A DNA stretch of 64,000 nt from Chloroflexota bacterium. GTDB lineage: Bacteria > Chloroflexota > Chloroflexia > Chloroflexales > Herpetosiphonaceae. Below, in pieces: positions 19,521 to 30,235 of the stretch (within the stretch, counting starts at the first letter, position 1; each line of letters opens with the position of its first letter). A model generated the notes under the pieces. That model saw nothing but the letters and a program-made list of their open reading frames with translations. It did no database searches and was not told the origin of the DNA. The translations under genes were made by a program, and so were the position numbers. The stretch is from contig JAIUOC010000003.1 of NCBI GenBank assembly GCA_020161265.1, positions 107,024 to 171,023 on the forward strand, given 5' to 3'.

Positions 19521-20435
19521 TTAGTGGCTGATCCAACTGTGCAAAATCATGCCTAAAATAATCACGCCAAGGCCTGCCAAGGTCAATGCTGTTGGCGCAG
19601 GGCTATGCAAAATCACAATCTCGCCAACCAAGGCAAAGACGACTTCGCCTGCTTGGGTTGCCTCAACTGCCGCCAATTGGCCTTGATGGTGCTGAGCTAA
19701 ATCAGTAGCTTTGAAAAAGAGCACGGTGGCGATTACGCCTGCCAATAGTGCAACCAATAACGATTGGAAGATTTGGCTTGTGCTCGGCCAACCAACTGTG
19801 GTTGCCGCCACGCCCGCTAAAATCAGCCAAAACGGCAGGCTGGCAATTGTCATGCCTAGCACACGTTCAAAGGTTGCCAAGCGCTGCCCACATAGTTGCA
19901 TCATGGCGCGATTGCCCAACGGATAGGCAAACGCGGCGATTACAACTGGCACAAAGCCCAAAAGCACTTCGCGCCAGCCAATCGCCGCCGCATGTTGCAA
20001 TTGAATTACCGCCACACCCAATAAAATCAGGCCCGAAATCGCTAAACTGCGCCAATGCCAAGCAGGTTGGTTGGGTGCAGCTTTGGCTTGCAACAACGGC
20101 GCAACCAAGGCTCCAGCAATAATTGTGATCTGCCAAGTGCTGGCAACCAACCACGCTGGGGCATATTTGGCGGCAAAACAGAGCGGCGCGTAAAACAACC
20201 CAAAGCCAATCGTGCTCCACCACAGCCATTGCCAAGGCTGTTGCCGCAACTCTTGCAGCACCAAACCAAGCTTGCCGCGCCATGCCACAATCGCCACCAA
20301 CGGAACCAGCATAAACAAATAGCGTAGGCTGGCACTCCACAGCCAATGACCACCCGCCAACTCCATCAAACGATTGAGCACAAAGGTCGAAGCAAAAAAG
20401 AGCGAGGCCAACAAGCCTAACAACAGTGCACGCAT
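19521..20435 (-). CDS. DMT-superfamily (EamA-like) transporter
   Basis: About 10 predicted TM helices, two EamA-like halves, 304 aa. Confidence 0.75.
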   Translation of the reverse strand: MRALLLGLLASLFFASTFVLNRLMELAGGHWLWSASLRYLFMLVPLVAIVAWRGKLGLVLQELRQQPWQWLWWSTIGFGLFYAPLCFAAKYAPAWLVASTWQITIIAGALVAPLLQAKAAPNQPAWHWRSLAISGLILLGVAVIQLQHAAAIGWREVLLGFVPVVIAAFAYPLGNRAMMQLCGQRLATFERVLGMTIASLPFWLILAGVAATTVGWPSTSQIFQSLLVALLAGVIATVLFFKATDLAQHHQGQLAAVEATQAGEVVFALVGEIVILHSPAPTALTLAGLGVIILGMILHSWISH

Positions 20436-20522
20436 AACCTTGATCCTACATTAACTGTGTTGAGAATTGGCCAAGTATAGCATGCAGGGCCGAGGCCTCG
20501 CTCCGATTGATTGAAAAGCGAT

Positions 20523-23444
20523 TTAATCTAACACATGTTTTTGCAAGGCCTGAAGCTCACTCGACGGATCAAGGCCTTGCTCTTCGAGTAAAGCCTCACG
20601 ATAGCGATCATAAATTGCCAAGGCTTCGGTTCGGCGACCTTGATTAATTTCCAAGTTCATTGCCAAAACCACTGCCCGTTCATTCAAAACATCAAGTTTC
20701 ATCGCCTGCTCAAAGGCTTTTTGGGCTTGGTCGAAACGTTGTACGTCATACCATTGATTGCCAATTGAGATCCAAATTTCGGCTCCACGTCGCGCCAAAA
20801 CTTTGCGTTCATGCTCAATCCATGGGGCATTGCTGCCGACTAAAAATCCTTGGCTGGCATACTCAGCGGCAACTTGCAAGCGCTCCAAGGTCGCTTCAGA
20901 ACCAAGCAACGAGGTCTGTTTAATCACCACAATATCGGCATCGATCTCCGAGTGCGGGAAGCGCAAACGATACAGCGAACCATCATACACAACACAATCG
21001 GGCAATTCTTTGCGCGTCCGTTGCAGCATTTTGCGCCAACCATCATTGCTACTATCAAAGCCCCAAATTTTTTCGCGTAATTCATCGGCAGTCATGCCAG
21101 TTGGGTTCAACAACAACAACGCGATTAACAACATACCTTGGCGCGGAATGCGTACCTGTTTGCCATCCATTTCAAGCCGCATTTGGCCCATCAAACGCAC
21201 AATCAATTTTGGTGCTTGAGGCATTGGCGGCAGGTTATGGCGCAGCACCCGCGCCGCAAATGGCGAATTCCATTGGGTATAAGCTTGGTTGACCAATTCA
21301 GGTAAGTGCACGGTGAGCGCCGATAACAGCACTGGCAAGCCACTGCGGCCATCAACAATTAATTGATCAAGTGCCTGCCAAGCTTGCTGAGCCTCGCCAA
21401 CCTCATGGCGTTGCCAAAAAGCTTCGCTTAACAACAGATATAGCAAGCCTTTGGCTAATGATCCTTGGTTGTCCAACCCAGCCAATGCCCGTTGCAGCAG
21501 CGGAATCGTGCCATCAATTTTGAGCGTTAAGTTAGCAGCACTCCGCGCCACCGCTAACCAAGCCTGATCGAGTGGGTTTTGAGCGGTGGTGGTGTCGATT
21601 TCAATTAATAGGCGTTGCAGTTGCTCAAGTGAACTATGGCGGGTGGCCTGCGATTCCAAGGCCAAGGCATAGATAATAATGTGATAATCGACGACATTGC
21701 TGGCCCGTAACTGCTCACGCGCCAAGCGATAGCGCCCAATTGCACTCGTCCAATCGCGATCAGCCAAGGCCACATCACCAAGCGTCACCAAGGCACCATT
21801 CGCTGCCCGAATATCCGAAATTCTGGCGTTATCGTATGCTTGTTGGGCGTAGCGGGCGGCATCGCTCATTTGGCCTTGGTGCAGTGCCACCAGCGCCCGC
21901 AAATTCAAGGTTTGCGATAACCCCGATGGCGATGCCATTTCTTCCCAGAGCGAGGTTGCTTGGCGCAAAAGCCGATCAGCCAAGGAATAACGTCCGGCTC
22001 GCGCTGCCGCATTGGCATAATCGCCCAAAATCAGGCCAAGCAAGCGATTAACCCCTGAATGCTCCATATGTTTGTGGGCACGCTCAAAGTGGGCAATCGC
22101 TGCATCATCTTGACCCAAGGAAGCCAAATAAATCGCATGCGTCCGTAGAATTCGCGCTTGATCGGCTGGCGATAGATCAGGGTCGTTCAAGTAGGGCTGA
22201 ATCAAGCTATCAGCCTCGCCAATTGCCCCTTGTGCCCGCAGCAGATCAGCTTTAAGCAACAGAAACATTCGTTGTTGATCAGACTGTTGATGAATCCCTA
22301 GCAGTTGATTGACTAAAAGTAAAGCCTTTTCAGCGTTGCGCAAACCAAGGTGATAACTACGCACCAACAACCAGCCAACTTTGGGCGCAAGCTGCTGTAT
22401 CGGAACATCATTGAGGGCTTTGACCAGCTCACCAAAAAACCGCTCATTGTTAATTAAATCAAGCTGTTGAGTCAAACAATGATTGATCACATCCCAGCGT
22501 TGCAAGCGTTGCATCTTTTGCACAAATTGGAGCAGGCGTTGCTCAGTCAGATACCAATCGCCAGCTTGGGCAAAAAATTCGGTCAAATAGGCCGCCTGAG
22601 GATGCGAACGCTTGCGCAAACCAACTTCAGGCAAGCGTTGTAAGCGCAGGTTTGCTTCAACAATCAAGCCTGCATATTCCCAACTCATTAACAAACGATG
22701 CAAATCGTGCTTTGGCAAGAGTGTTTGGAGCAATTCAAGCGAATCAGGGGCGATCCATAGCCAAGCTTCCAAGCTATGCTGCAAAGGCTCAGGCAAACTT
22801 GTCATCACATCTTGCATGACCCATTCGAGCGCTGATTGATTGAGCACGCCCGATCGATTGAGCGCAAAAATACAGGGCGCGACCCAACCGTCAGTCAAAT
22901 CGATCAGCTGATCAGCTTGGGCTTGGCTGAGATTCAGTTGGCGTTGTTGAGCCAAGGCGATTAATTCAGCACTGTTGAAAGCTAGCTCCTGCATACCAAC
23001 CACTACCAAATGTCGTCGAATAATCCATTGTTGAATCATTGGCAGGTTGGGGATGTGTAGCGAGGTGGCAACGATATGCAGCGCTGGATTTTTTAATAAT
23101 TCTACGAGCCAAGCGTGCTCAGGCAAAAATGTGCCCCAAGCATCCAAAATCCGATCCAAATCGTCGATCAAAATCCAGGTTGGTTGGCGCAAACTCAAAA
23201 GCTGCTCGTGTGGATGTTCGTTGGCCAACCCAAGTTGTTGGCAAATTGCCTGGAGCAGCAACGATGGATCATTGGCTGGCTCAAGCCGAATTAAGGCAGA
23301 CGGGGCGTTGATGGAATGCTTAAGTGCCTCTAACACTGTGGATTTGCCGCTGCTCGGCAACCCAATGATTAAGACTACCCGTGGCTCATGTTGGGTCAAA
23401 GTGAGTAAACGTGGGCGTTCAACATAGGTCGGATAAAAACTCAT
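20523..23444 (-). CDS. Large signal-transducing regulator: N-terminal P-loop NTPase, TPR-like repeats, C-terminal SARP module (OmpR-type wHTH plus BTAD)
   Basis: Walker A GLPSSGKST and Walker B WILIDDLD; helical repeat region; C-terminus has trans_reg_C-like wHTH (ADELREKIWG...YRLR) followed by BTAD-like helical domain. Confidence 0.8.
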   Translation of the reverse strand: MSFYPTYVERPRLLTLTQHEPRVVLIIGLPSSGKSTVLEALKHSINAPSALIRLEPANDPSLLLQAICQQLGLANEHPHEQLLSLRQPTWILIDDLDRILDAWGTFLPEHAWLVELLKNPALHIVATSLHIPNLPMIQQWIIRRHLVVVGMQELAFNSAELIALAQQRQLNLSQAQADQLIDLTDGWVAPCIFALNRSGVLNQSALEWVMQDVMTSLPEPLQHSLEAWLWIAPDSLELLQTLLPKHDLHRLLMSWEYAGLIVEANLRLQRLPEVGLRKRSHPQAAYLTEFFAQAGDWYLTEQRLLQFVQKMQRLQRWDVINHCLTQQLDLINNERFFGELVKALNDVPIQQLAPKVGWLLVRSYHLGLRNAEKALLLVNQLLGIHQQSDQQRMFLLLKADLLRAQGAIGEADSLIQPYLNDPDLSPADQARILRTHAIYLASLGQDDAAIAHFERAHKHMEHSGVNRLLGLILGDYANAAARAGRYSLADRLLRQATSLWEEMASPSGLSQTLNLRALVALHQGQMSDAARYAQQAYDNARISDIRAANGALVTLGDVALADRDWTSAIGRYRLAREQLRASNVVDYHIIIYALALESQATRHSSLEQLQRLLIEIDTTTAQNPLDQAWLAVARSAANLTLKIDGTIPLLQRALAGLDNQGSLAKGLLYLLLSEAFWQRHEVGEAQQAWQALDQLIVDGRSGLPVLLSALTVHLPELVNQAYTQWNSPFAARVLRHNLPPMPQAPKLIVRLMGQMRLEMDGKQVRIPRQGMLLIALLLLNPTGMTADELREKIWGFDSSNDGWRKMLQRTRKELPDCVVYDGSLYRLRFPHSEIDADIVVIKQTSLLGSEATLERLQVAAEYASQGFLVGSNAPWIEHERKVLARRGAEIWISIGNQWYDVQRFDQAQKAFEQAMKLDVLNERAVVLAMNLEINQGRRTEALAIYDRYREALLEEQGLDPSSELQALQKHVLD

Positions 23445-23674
23445 AGCAGTTTCCTCAAGATGCTTGGTACGATGCTACCCCACCAACTATTAAGCAGTAC
23501 AGCGCAATCGTGCTCAACTGTTGAGAGGCTAGGTTGTTCCAATTCGTTACCTATGTTCAATAGGATATACCGAGCTATAGAGCACATCTATGCACGTCCT
23601 AGGCTATTTCTAGATCGATTTCTTGTATATCCACTGTATCATAGCAAAAGAATCATGAATGTAGTGGAGCTGTT

Positions 23675-24046
23675 ATGCAACTTGTCACACTCGACCACAT
23701 CCAATTGGCAATGCCCGCAGGCCAAGAGGCCCAAGCACGCTGGTTTTACAGCACGATTCTTGGCCTCGACGAAGTTGCCAAGCCTGTTCAATTGCAAGCT
23801 CGTGGCGGCTGTTGGTTTCGCAGCGCCACAATCGAACTCCACCTTGGGGTTGAGGCCGATTTTCGGCCTGCTCGCAAAGCGCATCCGGCCTTTCGCGTCG
23901 CCGATCTTGCACAAGCGCGAGCTGAATTAAGCAGTGCAGGCATTGCGATTGTTGAAGATGACAGCCTGCCCCATGTGCGCCGTTTTTACGCTGCCGATCC
24001 CTTTGGCAATCGGATTGAGTTTGTCCAAGTTGGCGATGTCTATTAA
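23675..24046 (+). CDS. VOC (glyoxalase / bleomycin-resistance / dioxygenase) family protein
   Basis: LDHIQLAMP...RFYAADPFGNRIEF pattern typical of VOC fold; 123 aa. Confidence 0.7.
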   Translation: MQLVTLDHIQLAMPAGQEAQARWFYSTILGLDEVAKPVQLQARGGCWFRSATIELHLGVEADFRPARKAHPAFRVADLAQARAELSSAGIAIVEDDSLPHVRRFYAADPFGNRIEFVQVGDVY

Positions 24047-24352
24047 ATTTCGTAGGCCAATCGCTGCAATACTTAATTAATACCGCCAATTGCTTAACTT
24101 AGATGCTAGGGATTCCTATTTATTTTGTATTTTGGGCGGCAACTACTGGCACAACTTATGCACACGAGGAGATCGCCGATCAAATTATGTTGATTGGCAA
24201 GCTACTACACCAAACATCCGCTCAACCATGCCCTGAAAGCACCCAAATAGGCCGGTATCTTCTGGTATACTGAACAACGGCGCGGCCCTCGAATGCCCGT
24301 GCTGGCCACCGCGCTGAGTGCTGCATTGTTGACACTGCGAGGGTTGCAGACC

Positions 24353-26860
24353 ATGAAAGCAGTTTTAATGGCTGGGGGTGAAGGCTCTCGGCTCCGACCA
24401 CTCACCATCAGTCGGCCCAAACCAATGGTTCCCTTGGTCGATCGACCAGTCATGGGCCATATTATTGAACTTCTGAAACGCCACGGCATCACCGATATTA
24501 TTATTACGGTGCAATATCTCGCCAATATTATTCAAGATTTTTATGGCGATGGCTCGGCGTTTGATGTCGATATTTCGTATTCGGTTGAAGAAGTGCCACT
24601 CGGCACCGCTGGCGCGGTTAAATATGCCTCACGCTTAATCGATGATGATACTGAACCCGTGATCGTAATTTCTGGCGATGCGCTGACCGATTTTGATTTA
24701 ACCGCCTTGATCGAAGCCCATAAACGCTCGAATGCCAAAGCCACAATTACCCTTACCCGCGTTCCCAACCCGCTTGAATATGGCGTGGTGATTACCGACG
24801 ATACGGGCCGAATTCGCCAGTTCCTCGAAAAACCCAGTTGGGGCGAGGTTTTTTCCGATACCGTCAATACTGGAATTTATGTGATCGATCCCTGTGTGCT
24901 TGATGATATTCCACTGGGCGAGCCGTTTGATTTCTCCAAAGATTTATTTCCAGCATTGTTGCGGCGCGGCGAACTGCTCCATGGCTATATTGCCGAGGGC
25001 TATTGGACAGATGTTGGCAACATCGAAGCCTATATGCGAGCCTGCTCGGATTATTTGATGGGTATGGTTAATTTGCCGCGCTTAGGCCATGATCGCGGCG
25101 ATAATGTTTGGATTGAAGGCGAGGTTGAAATTGCCCCCGATGCCCAAATTCATGGGCCAGTCTTTTTTGGTCATGGGGTCAAGATCAAAGGTGGGGCGAT
25201 GGTATTTGGCCCATCGGTCATCCGCGATTATACAATTATCGATTCGCGTGCCACCATCGATCGTTCAATTATGTGGCGCAACTCGTATGTTGGCGAACGT
25301 GCTGAATTACGTGGGGCGATTGTTTGCAAGCAGTGCAATATTAAAAGTCGCTCGTTGCTGTTCGAGGGCGTAGTGGTCGCCGATAGTACGATCATCAACG
25401 CTGGGGCGGTGATTCAGCCCAACGTTAAAATTTGGCCTTCGAAAGAAGTTGAAGAGGGTGCGACTGTTAGTGCCTCGATTATTTGGGGGGCGCAAGGGCG
25501 GCGGGTGCTGTTTGGGCGCTACGGCATTACAGGCTTGGTCAATATCGACCTTACGCCAGAATTTTGTGCCAAACTTGGGGCAGCCTATGGTGCGATTTTG
25601 CCTAAAAATACCACCGTTACCATGAATCGCGATGCCCACTACACCCCACGCATGCTCAAACGTGGCTTGATTGCGGGCATTCCATCGGCGGGGATTAATG
25701 TGTTGGATTTGCATTCAGTGCCAATTCCCACTGCCCGCTATTTGACCTATGCGCTGAATGCTGCTGGTGGCATGCATGTGCGGCTTTCGCCGTTCGATAA
25801 TCGGGTGGTGGATATTAAATTCTTCGATCATCGCGGGCTTGATCTAGGTAGCGACATGGAGCGCAAGATCGAGAATACCTACTTTCGCGAAGATTATCGC
25901 CGCGTCTATCTCGATGAAATTGGCCGAATCACTGAAAACAGCGATTACAATTCGGTCTATATCGATAAATTTATGGAATCGCTTGACCCCCATATTTTGC
26001 CCGAGCTAGAAGACCCTTGGAGCATCGTGATCGATTATGCGTCGTCGAATGCGGCGCAAATTTTGGGTATTTTGCTACGGCGCTTGAATGTTGATTTAGT
26101 TGAACTCAATGCCCAAATCGATGAAGATCGTTTGTTTCAAACTGCCGATCAATTTAATGCTGGTATGCAACGGCTCACAGCAATTGTACCCGTGATGAAT
26201 GCTGATATTGGGGTGCGGCTCGATTCGGGCGGCGAACGAATTTACGTTGTCGATGATACTGGCCATCGATTAACTGATATTGAATTATTGGCGGCGGTCA
26301 CTGCCTTGACCATGGAAGCCAACAAAGGTGGCACCGTGGCCGTGCCAGTCACTGCGCCGCGCTTGTTCGATAAATTGGCTGAGCGCTATGGCGGGCGCAT
26401 CCAGCGTACCAAAACCGCCTTGGGGGCACTGATGCAACAAGCCGCCAAATGCAACGATTTATGTGTCTTGGGCGATGGAGCTGGCAGCCTGATTTTTCCA
26501 TCGTTCTTTCCAGTTGCCGATGGCCTATTTGCAATTGTTAAATTGATGGAATTACTGGCCCGCGCCAAAATTCCCCTCTCGGAGATTCGGCGTTCATTGC
26601 CACGCTCAGCCATGGCTAACCACAAAGTGCCATGTCGCTGGGAATCCAAGGGCAAAGTTATGCGGATTCTCAATGAACAATATGCTGAACGTGCTCAAGA
26701 CAACATCGACGGGATCAAGATTGATCTTGGGCCAGAGTGGGTGCTGATTCTGCCCGACCCTGACGGCCCCTTCATCCATGTGATTGCCGAGGGAGTCAAT
26801 GACGATCAAGCCCGCGTGCTCACTGAAAAATATGCAGGTTTAGTGATGGGGTTGCAATAG
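24353..26860 (+). CDS. Fusion protein: sugar-1-phosphate nucleotidyltransferase, left-handed beta-helix, and phosphohexomutase-like domain with a degenerate catalytic loop
   Basis: N-terminal [13 protein letters not shown] (G-x-G-x-R pyrophosphorylase motif); hexapeptide repeats; C-terminal PGM/PMM-like fold in which the TASHNP loop reads RLSPFDN. Confidence 0.8.
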   Translation: MKAVLMAGGEGSRLRPLTISRPKPMVPLVDRPVMGHIIELLKRHGITDIIITVQYLANIIQDFYGDGSAFDVDISYSVEEVPLGTAGAVKYASRLIDDDTEPVIVISGDALTDFDLTALIEAHKRSNAKATITLTRVPNPLEYGVVITDDTGRIRQFLEKPSWGEVFSDTVNTGIYVIDPCVLDDIPLGEPFDFSKDLFPALLRRGELLHGYIAEGYWTDVGNIEAYMRACSDYLMGMVNLPRLGHDRGDNVWIEGEVEIAPDAQIHGPVFFGHGVKIKGGAMVFGPSVIRDYTIIDSRATIDRSIMWRNSYVGERAELRGAIVCKQCNIKSRSLLFEGVVVADSTIINAGAVIQPNVKIWPSKEVEEGATVSASIIWGAQGRRVLFGRYGITGLVNIDLTPEFCAKLGAAYGAILPKNTTVTMNRDAHYTPRMLKRGLIAGIPSAGINVLDLHSVPIPTARYLTYALNAAGGMHVRLSPFDNRVVDIKFFDHRGLDLGSDMERKIENTYFREDYRRVYLDEIGRITENSDYNSVYIDKFMESLDPHILPELEDPWSIVIDYASSNAAQILGILLRRLNVDLVELNAQIDEDRLFQTADQFNAGMQRLTAIVPVMNADIGVRLDSGGERIYVVDDTGHRLTDIELLAAVTALTMEANKGGTVAVPVTAPRLFDKLAERYGGRIQRTKTALGALMQQAAKCNDLCVLGDGAGSLIFPSFFPVADGLFAIVKLMELLARAKIPLSEIRRSLPRSAMANHKVPCRWESKGKVMRILNEQYAERAQDNIDGIKIDLGPEWVLILPDPDGPFIHVIAEGVNDDQARVLTEKYAGLVMGLQ

Positions 26861-26943
26861 CGCTGAGCGGTGGGGTTTATGCAATAAGGCCAAGCTCCTG
26901 AGTTATTTGGTATCTGCTCGGCATCTGAACAATCAATCAGCAA

Positions 26944-26980
26944 AAGCAAACAGCCGCTCTATGAATGGAGCGGCTGTTCG
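26944..26980 (-). terminator. Hairpin terminator downstream of mscL (minus strand)
   Basis: ACAGCCGCTC ... GAGCGGCTGT stem; T-rich on minus strand. Confidence 0.5.
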
Positions 26981-27010
26981 TTAATTAATGGCTCTGAGTT
27001 GGGCTTGAAC

Positions 27011-27394
27011 TTACTTTTGCAAGCTATCGCGAATTTCGCGTAGCAACAACACTTCTTCGCTTGGTGGTGGGGCGGCTGGTGCTTCGACTTCTTGCTTGCG
27101 GCGGGTCGAGTTGATTCCTTTGACAAATAAGAAAAGCACAAACGCAATAATCAGGAACTCAATAATGGTTTTGATCAGCACCCCAATCATAATTGGTGTA
27201 GCCCCAATCGAAAATTGCCATGTTGCAATATTAACATCTTTGAGAATGAGGCTAAGGATGATGCTGATAATCGGCATAATCACAACATCAACCAAGGCTG
27301 TGACAATTTTGCCAAAGGCGGCCCCAATAATCACCCCAATTGCCAAATCGAGAACATTGCCTTTGAAGGCAAATTCCTTGAACTCCTTAAACAT
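27011..27394 (-). CDS. mscL: Large-conductance mechanosensitive channel
   Basis: MFKEFKEFAFKGNVLDLAIGVIIGAAFGKIV matches the MscL N-terminal signature; two TMs; 127 aa. Confidence 0.92.
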   Translation of the reverse strand: MFKEFKEFAFKGNVLDLAIGVIIGAAFGKIVTALVDVVIMPIISIILSLILKDVNIATWQFSIGATPIMIGVLIKTIIEFLIIAFVLFLFVKGINSTRRKQEVEAPAAPPPSEEVLLLREIRDSLQK

Positions 27395-27615
27395 CGCGTA
27401 TCCTCCGGTACTATGCCACTATAGGCCATCGAACAAACAAGCGTAGTCTAAAAGCTGCGCTTTACGGTGAAATTAACGATTATTTAAGCCAAATGCAGGT
27501 GGTTACGATGCGGCTTGCTGGGTGCAGAAGCCGAAGTGAGGTGCTGCCAACAGTGGTTTGGGCTTGGCCTATGGTAGCATGGGCACTAGCAAAAGACAAT
27601 TAGCCGAGGAATGCT

Positions 27616-27975
27616 ATGCAATCACCAATTTCGTTTACCCAATTAACCCTAGCTGCTACCAATATTGAGCAAATGGCAGCCTTTTATAATTCAGTGCTGT
27701 TTACTAATTTTCGCAAGATTAAGCATGGCGAGCACACGCTGTATGAAGGTTTTTTGGTCAATATACCCTTATTGCTCTGCCCGAATGCGATTGCTGGAGT
27801 CGTCGCTGAGCAAAGCCGCTTGCAATTCCATGTTTGTGTGCCCGATTTAGCGCGAGCGCTCGAAAAAGTGGTGCAGCATGGCGGTATGATCGTCACGCCA
27901 CCAAGCGCAGGCGGCATCAAAGCGGCAATCGTGGCCGATCCCGATGGCAATAGCCTTGAGTTAATTCAAGAATAA
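27616..27975 (+). CDS. VOC family protein (glyoxalase-like)
   Basis: VOC-fold C-terminal pattern ...ADPDGNSLELIQ; 119 aa. Confidence 0.65.
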   Translation: MQSPISFTQLTLAATNIEQMAAFYNSVLFTNFRKIKHGEHTLYEGFLVNIPLLLCPNAIAGVVAEQSRLQFHVCVPDLARALEKVVQHGGMIVTPPSAGGIKAAIVADPDGNSLELIQE

Positions 27976-29031
27976 TTAATCGTTGCTCAAAACTGCTGTC
28001 AATACCGCGATCGCTTGTAAATATTCGGCCAAGGACAAACGCTCTTGGGGCGTATGATCAAGTGCTGCATCGCCTGGGCCATAAGCGACGACTGGGCAAC
28101 CCCAGGCTGGCCCAACCACATTCATGTCGGCGGTGCCAGTTTTTTGAACATAGCGCGGTTGCTGTCCATTGGCGCGAAAAACTCGCCCAAAGCGCCGCGC
28201 AATGCTCGATGTCCGTTCGCTGCTAAAAGCGGGAGTTGCGCCGCTTACCTTTAAATGCGCATAGTTGGGCAGCAGTTGTTGCAGCATCGCGGTATAGGCC
28301 GCCGGATCAAGATCTAAAGGCAGACGGGCATTGACCAGTAATTCGCACCAATCGCGTAAGCCATCGCCGCCCGATTCAATGTTTACCAAGCTTGGCAACA
28401 GTTGATCGAAGGCGCGTTCGCGGCCTTGATTGATGGTATAGGCATGCTGGGCGATCGCTTGCCACAATTCACAGCCATGTTCGGCGGCGGTATGGCTGGC
28501 GTGGGCCGAATGCGCCGCATCTTGCTCGATGCGAATTTGTGCCCGTAAGTTGCCTTTATAGCCCAACGTTAGCCGATCAGCGCCGCTTGGCTCGCCCACG
28601 ATGCACCAAAGTGGCGCAGCCATGGTTTGGGCGATAAAATGCGCACCTTTGGATGAAGCAACTTCTTCTTCGACACAACCCACCACAATCACCCGATAGG
28701 CTAGGCGTTTTTCGGTATGAGCGCGGGCGGCGGCAGCGATAAACGTGGCTAACGAGCCTTTGGCATCGACAGCACCGCGCCCCCATAACTCACCATCACG
28801 CACTTCGACTGGAATATTGCCTGGCACGGTATCCATGTGGCCAAGCAACACGACGGTTTCAGCAGCAGCGCCAATCACGCCAACCGCATTGCCAACCGCA
28901 TCAATATGGGCATCGAAGCCAAATTGATTCATCTGCTCAACCAATAATTGGGCGATTGCGGCCTCATCGCCCGAAACACTGGGTGTTGCCACCATTGCCT
29001 CAATTAATTGTACGGCCTGTTGATCGTTCAT
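27976..29031 (-). CDS. lysK: [LysW]-lysine hydrolase / acetylornithine deacetylase family (M20 peptidase)
   Basis: M20 metal-binding motifs (LLGHMDTV; GRGAVDAKG; EEEVAS); sits in the LysW cluster. Confidence 0.85.
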   Translation of the reverse strand: MNDQQAVQLIEAMVATPSVSGDEAAIAQLLVEQMNQFGFDAHIDAVGNAVGVIGAAAETVVLLGHMDTVPGNIPVEVRDGELWGRGAVDAKGSLATFIAAAARAHTEKRLAYRVIVVGCVEEEVASSKGAHFIAQTMAAPLWCIVGEPSGADRLTLGYKGNLRAQIRIEQDAAHSAHASHTAAEHGCELWQAIAQHAYTINQGRERAFDQLLPSLVNIESGGDGLRDWCELLVNARLPLDLDPAAYTAMLQQLLPNYAHLKVSGATPAFSSERTSSIARRFGRVFRANGQQPRYVQKTGTADMNVVGPAWGCPVVAYGPGDAALDHTPQERLSLAEYLQAIAVLTAVLSND

Positions 29032-30209
29032 GCGCTTGGCTCCTCGAAGATGCTGCGTAAGGTTGCCACTAAGCGTTCTAATTCAGCCCAATTAATCACT
29101 AACGGCGGGAGCAAGCGCAACACATTGCTGCCCGAATTGAGCGCAATAATCTGATGCTGGTTCATCAATTTTTGCAGATAGGGCGCAACTTTTTCCTTGA
29201 GTTCAATGCCCACCATCAAGCCTAACCCGCGCACTTCACGAATTTTGGGCGAGTTGATTGAACGCAATTGAGCGAGCAGCCAATCGCCTTTTTCGGCAGT
29301 TTGATCGACCAATTGTTCTTCACGAATCACTCGTAGCGAAGCCCGTGCCGCTGCGCAAGCCAAAGGGTTGCCGCCAAAGGTCGAGCCATGCGTGCCAGTT
29401 GCCAATGCTCCAACTCGCTGGTTGATCACCACTGCGCCCATTGGCATGCCGCCGCCCAAGGCCTTGGCCAAACAAACCAAATCTGGTTCTAAGCCATCGT
29501 GCTCAAAGGCAAACATGCGTCCCGTGCGGCCAAAGCCAGTTTGCACTTCATCAAGAATCAACAAGGCTCCGCGTTCGCGGCAAATTGTTTGGGCTGCCTG
29601 CAAAAATTCGGCGGTTGCTGGGCGAATGCCGCCCTCGCCTTGGATAATTTCAACAATCAACGCAGCAGTTTGCTCGTTGATCGCGCTTTGCAAACGCTCG
29701 ATATTATTGTAGGGAATATGGCTGAAATCGGGCACAAGCGGCATAAATGGCTCGCGGTAGTGGCTCTCCCAGGTGGCGCTCAAGGATCCAAAAGTGCGGC
29801 CATGAAAGCCACGCATGGTTGCCACGATCGCGGTACGGCCTGTAGCCATCCGCGCAAATTTCAAGGCGGCTTCAACCGCTTCCGTGCCACTGTTGCACAA
29901 AAAGACCCGTTGAAATTCAGCTGGAAATAATTGCACCAACTCGGCTTGCAATAAGGCCCGTTGATCATTATGAAAGGCTTCGGGGCAAACCGTCAGGGTT
30001 GCGGCCTGCTCAGTGATTGCCTGCACAACCGTTGGGTGACAATGGCCGATGTTTGCAACCCCAATGCCTGAACCACAATCAAGATAGGCTTGGCCTTGAT
30101 CGTCGTAGAGGGTTGCGCCACTGCCTCTCACCAAAGTAATCGGACGCTTGGCGTAGACTCCAGCGCTATGAGCAGCTTCTAAATCTGCAAATGCTTGTTG
30201 TTCAGTCAT
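29028..30209 (-). CDS. lysJ: [LysW]-aminoadipate-semialdehyde / acetylornithine aminotransferase (class III PLP aminotransferase)
   Basis: Class-III AT motifs incl. ILDEVQTGFGRTG and the PLP-lysine region; 4-nt overlap with lysK. Confidence 0.88.
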   Translation of the reverse strand: MTEQQAFADLEAAHSAGVYAKRPITLVRGSGATLYDDQGQAYLDCGSGIGVANIGHCHPTVVQAITEQAATLTVCPEAFHNDQRALLQAELVQLFPAEFQRVFLCNSGTEAVEAALKFARMATGRTAIVATMRGFHGRTFGSLSATWESHYREPFMPLVPDFSHIPYNNIERLQSAINEQTAALIVEIIQGEGGIRPATAEFLQAAQTICRERGALLILDEVQTGFGRTGRMFAFEHDGLEPDLVCLAKALGGGMPMGAVVINQRVGALATGTHGSTFGGNPLACAAARASLRVIREEQLVDQTAEKGDWLLAQLRSINSPKIREVRGLGLMVGIELKEKVAPYLQKLMNQHQIIALNSGSNVLRLLPPLVINWAELERLVATLRSIFEEPSA

Positions 30210-30235
30210 GGTTTGGTTCCTAGCAAATCAGCCGC

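Noticed and set aside
23039-23427. Overlapping plus-strand ORFs of 90-126 aa
   Set aside because: Antisense to the 973-aa regulator gene; no RBS; composition typical of shadow frames.
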